This document shows, in pieces, positions 9,661 through 17,800 of a DNA stretch of 64,000 bases (its first letter is position 1; every line of letters begins with the position of its first letter). This DNA comes from Trypanosoma brucei (taxonomy: Eukaryota): NCBI GenBank assembly GCA_000002445.1, contig CH464491.1, forward strand, positions 2,464,001 through 2,528,000, given 5' to 3'. The notes beneath the pieces were generated by a model. It had not been told where the DNA came from. It worked only from the letters and a program-made list of their open reading frames with translations, and ran no database searches. Both the position numbers and the translations under genes were made by a program.

Positions 9661-12594
9661 ATGGCCGTCGGACTCTCATCGTCCAAAGGTGTTTTGGCAC
9701 TACTACGAGAATCAGACTCGGATGTGCTGCAGTTTGCGTTGAAGCGCCTGCGACCCTTGGTGGACACGTATTGGTGTGAGATAAGTGATGACCTTCCTTT
9801 AATTGAGAGTCTGAGTGAATCGAGTGATTTGGCAGAAGAAACGCGGGCCCTCGCTGCTCTTATTGCTTCGCATGTTTACTTTCACCTTGGTGCGTATAAT
9901 GACTCTGTGCATTGCGCCCTCGCTGCCGGGCCCGCGTTCAGCTATGTCGAGCGCTCACTCTTCACTGACACCATTCTCAGTTGCTGCATTGACAAATTTG
10001 TGGAGTACCAACAGAAGCCAGAAGGCGCGCGTGAAGAACTCGACCCTCGCCTTGAGTCGCTTTTCACAGCCCTCACCAGCAAATGGATTGGCCAAGAAGG
10101 CATGCCAGTGAAGGAACTTGTTGGATTTACCATTCGTGCACGACGCCTGGACTTTCTTGAAAAGGTTCTGCGTCAGCACATCAAATCTACCAAGTCTGCG
10201 GCGATCTTGAATTTCACATTCGAGGTGGCGAGTGTTCTTCTACGTGATATCGCTTTCCGACGGGAAATTTTAAAACTTCTTTCCGTTTTGTACGCACAAG
10301 GTGGTTTAACCACCGTCGACTACTTTTCTCAGGCACAGTGTCTTCTCTTCCTGGGAGACTCGACCGGAACTGCTGACCTTATTGAGGACCTAATCCGGTC
10401 GGGTGATAAGGCAACTGCATACCAACTCGCCTTCGATTTGCACGAGTACGGCAATCAAGAGTTTCTTTCCGCTGTTGCGGGTCTCATAGAAAAGAGGGCA
10501 ACTCTTTCTATACCCGCGCCGTCACAAGTGCAGCGGGTGGAAACGGCTACCGAAGACAAGTCCGGCAGTGGGGCCGATCATTCGACTTCGTCACAGGCAG
10601 CTGCAGGCCAGACAACGCAGGAGGGCGACAAAAAGGACATATCTGAAGTGCATCAGAAGCTTCTTTCCGCTCTTACTGGTGAGTTAACAGCGTCACTTTA
10701 CCTCCAGTTCTTGTCCGGTCAATGCAAAGCGGATAGCAATGTTCTCAACCGTATCAAGCAGACTACCGACCAGCGCAAGGCCGTGCCCCATAATGCTCTC
10801 ACAATAGCCCATGCACTGATGTACTGCGGAACTACGATTCACACATTTTTGCGCAACGATATGGAATGGTTTGGTGGTGCCACTTACTGGGGTAAGTTCA
10901 TCGCTACAGCCTCTATCGGGGCACTCCACTACGGACATGTTAATGAGGCACTCAAAATAATGGATTCATATCTCCCTAAGGACAACATCGGGGTGCTCCC
11001 ACACTCGGAGGCGGGTTCGCTTTATGCTCTTGGACTCATTCATGCCCCCGTTGGCGTGGGCCGCAATCAGGAAATAATTCTTTACTTGAAGGAAATGCTT
11101 CGCAAGTTCAGCGCAAGTGAGCACATTATTCACGGCGCATCGCTGGGCATCGGCCTTGCAGCCATGGGGTTGAAGGACGAGAAGTTGCACGATTCCCTCT
11201 TCACCTGTGTGGGCGGATGTGATGCCGTGGCCAGTGAAGGAGCGGCGCTTGGTATCGGTTTGCTCATGATGGGAAGCGGCAACTTGGGCGCCATTGGAAA
11301 CCTCAGGGCCCTCGCTTCTGAGGATAACCAAAAAGAAAAAACTATCCGTGGCATATCCATGGCTATGGCGCTGATGATGTTGGGTCGTGAGGATGAGTGC
11401 TGGTCTACGGCGAACGAGCTCCTCGAAGACTCCGATCCATGGGTACGGTTGGGTGGTTGTTTCATGCTCGGCTTAGGTTACGCAGGGGCTGAAAACACAA
11501 AAGTGTTGGAACGCCTTCTTAGTGTAACGGTGAAGGACACCTCCGATGACGTCCGCCGAAACGCTGCTACGATGATCGGATTTCTCACAATAAAGGATCC
11601 CGCATTGTGCGTGGAGCTGACCCGCGTGCTTGTGGACAGCTATAACCCACACATAAGATATGGTGTAGGAATGGCGCTTGCCGTCGCCGCTGCGGGAACT
11701 GGAATGCCAGAAGTTATTGATATACTGTGGGGACTGAAAGATGACATTGTAGATTTTGTTCGTCAGGGAGCGTACATTGCCCTTGCTCTGGTTATGGTCC
11801 AAGTAACGGAAGTGGAGAATCCAAAGGTGAAGGAGCTACGCGATATTTTTACTAAAATAATCGCGGGCCGCAAGGAAGATATGTGCTCCAAGTTCGGTTG
11901 CATTATAGCCACAGGTCTCTTAGACGCAGGGGGGCGCAACTGCACCTTTGCTCTTCATCGGCAGCGGCATCGTCTCGATAAGGCTGTTGTGGGCATGTTT
12001 GTATTCCTGCAGCACTGGTACTGGTTCCCGTATCTCCTGATGATCACACTAGCCATGCGTCCAACCTGTTTCATTGGCCTTAACAGCGACCTTGAGGTGC
12101 CAGAGTATGTCTTCAAATCCAATGCACCCGCAAGTCGCTTCGCCCTCCCTAAGAGTGTTTTGGCTGAGAAGAAAGAAGCAAAGGCCGCTGCTGTCAAGGC
12201 GGTGATCCTGTCTACAACAAAGAAAGAAGAGGAGTTTGTACGCTTAAAGCGCTCGGCGGTGGCTGGAAAGAATCAAGGAACGGGAGGGACTGGTGGTGCC
12301 GCTAATGCCGCAGCATCGCAATCCGGCGCCACCAAGGAGCAGGAAACGGAAAAGAAGAGGGAGCCGGAAGCTAATTTCGTGATACTATCGAACCCGGCCC
12401 GTATAACCGCACGCCAGTTTGCTGTCATTACTCACGACGTTGACAAGCGGTTCGTACCACTGAAGGAAAATCCTTCGTCTATATGCCTTCTGCGGGACAC
12501 AAACCCTGCGGAAGGAAAACCCAAGGTCATAACGGACTTGGGATGGAACAGCAGTGATGACGCGCCACCGCCAGAACCGTTTACATGGCCCTAG
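9661..12594 (+). CDS. RPN2: 26S proteasome regulatory subunit RPN2 (PSMD1), 977 aa
   Basis: ATG ORF collinear with yeast Rpn2 over its full length. N-terminal VLALLRESDSDVLQFALKRLRPLVDTYWCEISDDLPLIESL. PC repeats (HGASLGIGLAAMG, GAALGIGLLMMGSG, GGCFMLGLGYAG, YGVGMALAVAAAGTG). Further matches at DFVRQGAYIALALVMVQ, FLQHWYWFPYLLM, and C-terminal RFVPLKENPSSICLLRD. Confidence 0.9.
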   Translation: MAVGLSSSKGVLALLRESDSDVLQFALKRLRPLVDTYWCEISDDLPLIESLSESSDLAEETRALAALIASHVYFHLGAYNDSVHCALAAGPAFSYVERSLFTDTILSCCIDKFVEYQQKPEGAREELDPRLESLFTALTSKWIGQEGMPVKELVGFTIRARRLDFLEKVLRQHIKSTKSAAILNFTFEVASVLLRDIAFRREILKLLSVLYAQGGLTTVDYFSQAQCLLFLGDSTGTADLIEDLIRSGDKATAYQLAFDLHEYGNQEFLSAVAGLIEKRATLSIPAPSQVQRVETATEDKSGSGADHSTSSQAAAGQTTQEGDKKDISEVHQKLLSALTGELTASLYLQFLSGQCKADSNVLNRIKQTTDQRKAVPHNALTIAHALMYCGTTIHTFLRNDMEWFGGATYWGKFIATASIGALHYGHVNEALKIMDSYLPKDNIGVLPHSEAGSLYALGLIHAPVGVGRNQEIILYLKEMLRKFSASEHIIHGASLGIGLAAMGLKDEKLHDSLFTCVGGCDAVASEGAALGIGLLMMGSGNLGAIGNLRALASEDNQKEKTIRGISMAMALMMLGREDECWSTANELLEDSDPWVRLGGCFMLGLGYAGAENTKVLERLLSVTVKDTSDDVRRNAATMIGFLTIKDPALCVELTRVLVDSYNPHIRYGVGMALAVAAAGTGMPEVIDILWGLKDDIVDFVRQGAYIALALVMVQVTEVENPKVKELRDIFTKIIAGRKEDMCSKFGCIIATGLLDAGGRNCTFALHRQRHRLDKAVVGMFVFLQHWYWFPYLLMITLAMRPTCFIGLNSDLEVPEYVFKSNAPASRFALPKSVLAEKKEAKAAAVKAVILSTTKKEEEFVRLKRSAVAGKNQGTGGTGGAANAAASQSGATKEQETEKKREPEANFVILSNPARITARQFAVITHDVDKRFVPLKENPSSICLLRDTNPAEGKPKVITDLGWNSSDDAPPPEPFTWP

Positions 12595-13245
12595 CTTCAG
12601 TGGCATACCTTGTTAGGCTGAGGGATGGTAAGATTAAGGGGAAAGGGTGAAGAAGTATATATGTATGATTAGGCGCAGGGACGGTAAGGGTGTTATCGGC
12701 TCTCTCAGTCTTCCGTAGTTCTCTCCACTTTAATTATTGTTTTCAATGAAGTCAAAGACTCTTCTGTGCTTGTTTGTCTTTGTATTGGTGAGGGCGTGTA
12801 CGATTTGCGAGCAAACGAGTAGTTGACAAAGACCCTACCAGATTTGTGCGCTGCCCTCTGTCACGGAAGTTTTTTGAGCTACAGGTAGTGCGACAGAAGA
12901 GAGGAAAAAGAATAGAAGAAGGATGACATGAGAAACAAAGTGAACGAGGAAGGAACACGTTTGTTTGCTTCAAGAAGTTTCGCGAAATCAGCAGAAGTTT
13001 AGAGAACCTCCCATATTTTTTTGTTATTCGCCATCCGAGCCCGGTGACAGAGGGGCTACGTGAGGGGCAAAAGCGACGCCGTCTTGCCAAATCTGGTACT
13101 CTCTTTGTCAACCTGTCTGCACACTGCCCTCAGGTTGTTGATTCGTGGATATTGTCAAGCTTTCTCGTTACTGTTTTGCTCTATGTTTCTTTGTTGGTCG
13201 CCGAAGGAATTGTAGTGCAGTGAGGAAGACGAGCTGTTTTGTAGT

Positions 13246-14307
13246 ATGCTTCTGCAATTCAACTGGGACCGTCTTGACGTGACGGCCGCAGAGGCGATAT
13301 GCGCCCTTCTTAATGCAAAGCTTGAGGAGGAGCTTCTGCTGCGGCGCGCTGCGAACCAATCTGTCAATGCAAGCGGAGGTCAAGAGACTGCGAGTGCTGA
13401 CGCCGCTTGTGGCGTCGAATCACTACGAGTTACAAACATCGAGTGGGGAAATGTTCCTCCCTTCATTGAAGTAGTTGAGTTGGACGACGCTGTGGAGTTT
13501 GCCAGTAGCACCCCTCTATCTTTTGAGGCCCCACTAGGGCAACAGGACTTTGGGGGAACCATCTCAAGCGGTACATGCGGCGGTGGAGCCACGACACCTT
13601 TCTTTCTTCGTCCCTCACCTGCATCATCTGTCACTATGATGGATGGGATTAGCGAAACGGACTCAGGCATTGTGGGCAACCATGGTGGGATGCCGACTCC
13701 GTCAGTGCCGCCGGCGTCCGGGATACGCCCGGGAAACGGCCAGTCTCCGATCAATAGCTCAAGCGCACCGGTGAAGGACGCCTTCGCCGCGTATTTTGGT
13801 CCAAAGGGGTTGTACGTTTGTTTACATGTAACATACGGTGGACCCATGCGGGTTTCCGTGGCCTCCGTGCTGCGACACGATGTTCCACTGGGGCCCATCG
13901 CCATCCCCGTGCGGATGCCACTGCAGTTACACTTTTCGAAAATGGATATGGACTTCCACTTGTGCATTAACTTACATCGCAACACGTGCCGCGTATGGAT
14001 GGAACCGGGAAAGCTATTCACATCACCACTTAATAGAATGAATGTCATGGCGGTGTTCGGGGAGCGGCGACCGAGTTCTCAGCACATGGCAGAATTTCCC
14101 ACCAGCGGTCAGAACGCCGGTGACGACTTAGATACATCGGATGCATGGACGCATGTAGGGAGCAGCCGCATAGGCTCGGATGATGCAGAAGACATGGTGT
14201 TCATAGATGAGAGCATCATATCTCAGTTCGTTTTGAAGGAAGTACGGGCGATTCTGCAAGAGAAGATAATATACCCCCACTCTGTTGTGGTGCCACTGTC
14301 CCTTTAG
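13246..14307 (+). CDS. hypothetical protein with Mdm12-like (ERMES-type SMP/TULIP) layout, 353 aa
   Basis: ATG ORF. The extreme N-terminus [10 protein letters not shown] compares with yeast Mdm12 [32 protein letters not shown] compares with [38 protein letters not shown] compares with EVEYKGDLLVTIGADL. The C-terminal [28 protein letters not shown] compares with [25 protein letters not shown]. Yeast sequences are recalled from memory. A Gly/Ser/Pro-rich insert separates the blocks, as in fungal Mdm12. Confidence 0.55.
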   Translation: [353 protein letters not shown]

Positions 14308-14662
14308 CTCCTTAACGCACTTAGCGTCTGCCTGCGAGTCAACTCCGTCGGTGGGTGTTGTAAAGTACGCATCGGCTAAAAAAAGAAAGCCGGCAACGGT
14401 TAAGTATAAAAAACAGAAGGTGGACCGGATTCACAGAGCGCTAACCCAAGAGTCATTATCGCTACAAAGCAGAGGAAGCGGGTGAATTGCGGTTAGGGAA
14501 GTAAAGAGGAACAGTACTATTTTTATTCTTTCTGCAAGGTGTGGGTAGAATATTATCTGAACTGTCCAGTTCAGTTCGTGTGTCTTCGAATTCGCTGTGG
14601 CTTTGGGCGGTGCGTTTGGCCGTCGTACTCTCCTCCTCCTCTTACATAGCGGGCACCAGTAA

Positions 14663-14705
14663 TTTTTTTTTTGCTTCTTCTTTGTTTTGCTACTTTATGC
14701 AATAG
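14663..14705 (+). promoter_or_regulatory. polypyrimidine tract plus AG, a candidate trans-splice acceptor for the 14882 gene
   Basis: A T10 run and the pyrimidine-rich ttgcttcttctttgttttgctactttatgc are followed by the first AG at 14704-14705. Confidence 0.45.
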
Positions 14706-14881
14706 TAGTAATAAGGAAGGGGGTGCTAAAGTTGAAAAGTTTCTTAATCGTGATTCAACAACCAAGCGGAAGCAGAAACACCGCTCAGAGTTGCGAACAA
14801 ACGTGTGCATTCCTAGTGACGAAAGAAAACAAAAGGTTTACATTGGAGAGGCAGCATTGCATATACTTAGAGCAAGAACTC

Positions 14882-17800
14882 ATGCTAGAGTTTAGGCCCC
14901 AGCATACACCGGATTCAGCGGCTCACAAAATCAACCAGGTAGCATGTGCAACTCCAGACTCGGTGCCTACGAGCGTCTCCTGGCGCAAGGAAGAGGAGAC
15001 ATCCGGAGAGGTGACTAGGGCAACAATGATTTCATCAGATGCGCGAGAGGTGTCGCACATTGCGCGCATGGCGTCAGAACGGGGGCGAGTCGACATTTCT
15101 CAGGCACGCAATAGTTCACCTAGAGGAACAGCTACCGCGGTTAACGCCGTTGAGGTTGAACTTCAGCGGCGGCTTGATGTAGTGAAGGCGGCTGTTGAAA
15201 AGGCTGACAAGGTGGTCGACGTTGCACGCGGAAGATGTGCAGAGGTGATATCCCGAGAGGAACGTCGACGCGCCATGGTTAAGCTGGAAATTTCGAAGTT
15301 GATTCTTTTCGTTGGACGGAACTACAACATACTTGACGAGTTAGAGCTTACATTGGGTAGTGTGCTCGAAGTATCCGAACTTCCTGTTTACCACAGCGAC
15401 AAATATTCTGAAGTTCCCTTTTCCGCGCGGGAGATACCTCCATATTTGTCTCTGGAAGATCTGGAGCGGGCTAACAGAGAAATGATGGCCCGGTTGATGA
15501 AAGAGCGAACCAAGCGGGCAAACGATCCGCCTCATGCCTCGTTGCTGGGGAAACGGGTCAACTCTAATTTGGATGAAGTGATGTGGCTCATAGACTCCCT
15601 TGAGGAACCTCCCTGTTCTGAAGAGCAGTTCGGGGAAACTGTCGGGACAGGTGAAGAAGAAGAATGTGAGAAGTCACCTGTGGCTGTGTCACAGCGAAGG
15701 AGTCAGGCTATAACTTCTACCAGTGCTGCGAGAGAGACTAGGACGAGCGGAGTACGCGGGGCATCCTCGTCAGGGAACGCAACTCTTTGCTCGTCACGCG
15801 TGGAGATGGACAGCAGCATTGTTAACTTCTCCTTAAGTAGTGAGTCGTTTCCCATTGCCACGGGGGAAACCAGGGATCTGAAGCTGCTGAAATTCATGTA
15901 TGATGCTGCTAAGGCTACTGTGGAGGAAGCTGCGGCGGCGGAAGCGTTTGGTGCGTTCAGTGGCGCGCAACTCGGAACGACCTTTCGAAGCACGTCCAAT
16001 AGGTTGCAGCCCGCGAGAGACTCTTTCTGCACGCAACAATTATCCGGTGCGCTGTCGGGCACGATTGGTCTTAACTCACCCAGTAAGATTGACAGCGGGT
16101 GCAAAGAGCTGTCGTTTACTTCTAGTCGGCCGCCATCGGGGATGTTTGAAGACCGGGAATCATTTAGTTTGGAGCAGCATATTTCAGATAGGGCGCTACC
16201 GACGGCGGCAGCACCGTGGCGAGGTTCACATAATCCAAGTACAGTCGTTATAGATCATCTTGATCCCGAAGTGTTCACCGTTCTGGGGGAGCTGTACAAA
16301 GCCTATGACTACAGGCAATTTTTCCGCGATATCCAAAACAAGCACCTAATGAGGGGTAAGACGGATGACGAGTACGAGGCGGAAATAGAAAATCTGCTTA
16401 CACAGCACATGGATGACAAGCGCAAACGAGCTGCTAACAGTGTTAAGGACGAGTTGATCATCAAAAAATGGGGAGGGGTGGCCAGCGAAGCATCTCGGGC
16501 ACCGACACCAAGACAAGAGGTTGAGTTTGTTTTACCAGCTCGTCGGGAGGAAGAGGAGGAAACAGAGGAAGCAGAGAAAAAGTCCTGGTTGCAGTCAGTG
16601 GTAGAAAGTATGTCGCCACTTTCCTCCGCGCCGACCCCAGTGGAGGAAGTGCCGTCCCCATCTTTTCTCTCACAAATCCCTGTCGATGCGTTGGTGTTTG
16701 CGAGAGACATGAACAACGGTGTTGTTTTCTTCATTAGAGGTCGAAACGAGGAAGCTTCGAACGATGAAAAGACTCTGGAAGGTAAACGAAAGGGGAAGAA
16801 AGGTAAGGCGAAAAAGGATGGTGATCAAGAGGATCGCAATGCAGCAGGAGGTCCTCCAGTATATGACAGTTACACCCTGTATGTGACCAATCAGTCAGAT
16901 ACGAATCTGACGGTGGTGGTGGACATTGAGAAGACTAAGGCCCGCAAATTGAGAATGAGTGCACACGTGAATTATGCAATCCCGCAGGAGTGCATCGTTA
17001 TAGCTCCACCACCCGGGAGTCTCAAATCACTACTTACATTCTGTCCCAAAAAAAGGCAACAAATTGATTTTGGTGAAATACTTAGCTTTCGTGAGGGGAC
17101 GGCCAGGGGTGAGGTAGGCGGTACAGTAGGCGAGGAAGAAAAGCTTCAACTAAAAGCTTCATCTGGTGTATCCGCTCGAACTAAGGTTTCGGGTACTACC
17201 AAGGACTCCACAGTGAAAGAAGCTGGCGAGCCGGTAGCCGCCACCGAAGTTAGTAGCGAACGAGAGACCGCCGGCACCAGAGCTGAAGTCAGCGATGCGG
17301 CACCCACTACTCAGCCTTCAGTGACTGCCACCACAAAGGAGGAGGTGTCCCATAAGGAAGCGGACGCAGGTGAAGTGGTGAAGATCCTCGATGAGGAAGC
17401 TGACAGCTATGTAGCAGTTGGAGGTGGTAGGCGTACTAAAAAGAGGGCCGGTTGTGCGGCGATCTTATCAAAGTACCCTTCTACACGGGGTGCGGAGTGG
17501 GAGGCCAATGCACCTGAGAGCACCACCGCTGAGAGCGCTGGCTTTACTGAAGAAGGAGAGGCTTCGATACCCCCTGGTCCACCGCGTGGAGAAAGGGAAC
17601 CGAAGGGTGAAGAGGCCTCATCGCGTTCAAGAGCACGAGCGCGCGAAGCGAGTGGAGCAGCGAATAGGGCCTCTTTCCAGCAAGCAGTTGGTCGTACCCG
17701 TGAAACAGTTGAAAAGGTTTGGCCCACAGGCACTGCGCCTGTTGATCACTGGGGTGTGCCCCTCTCTAACGAAGAGGATGAGGCATTTGAAAAGAATTGC

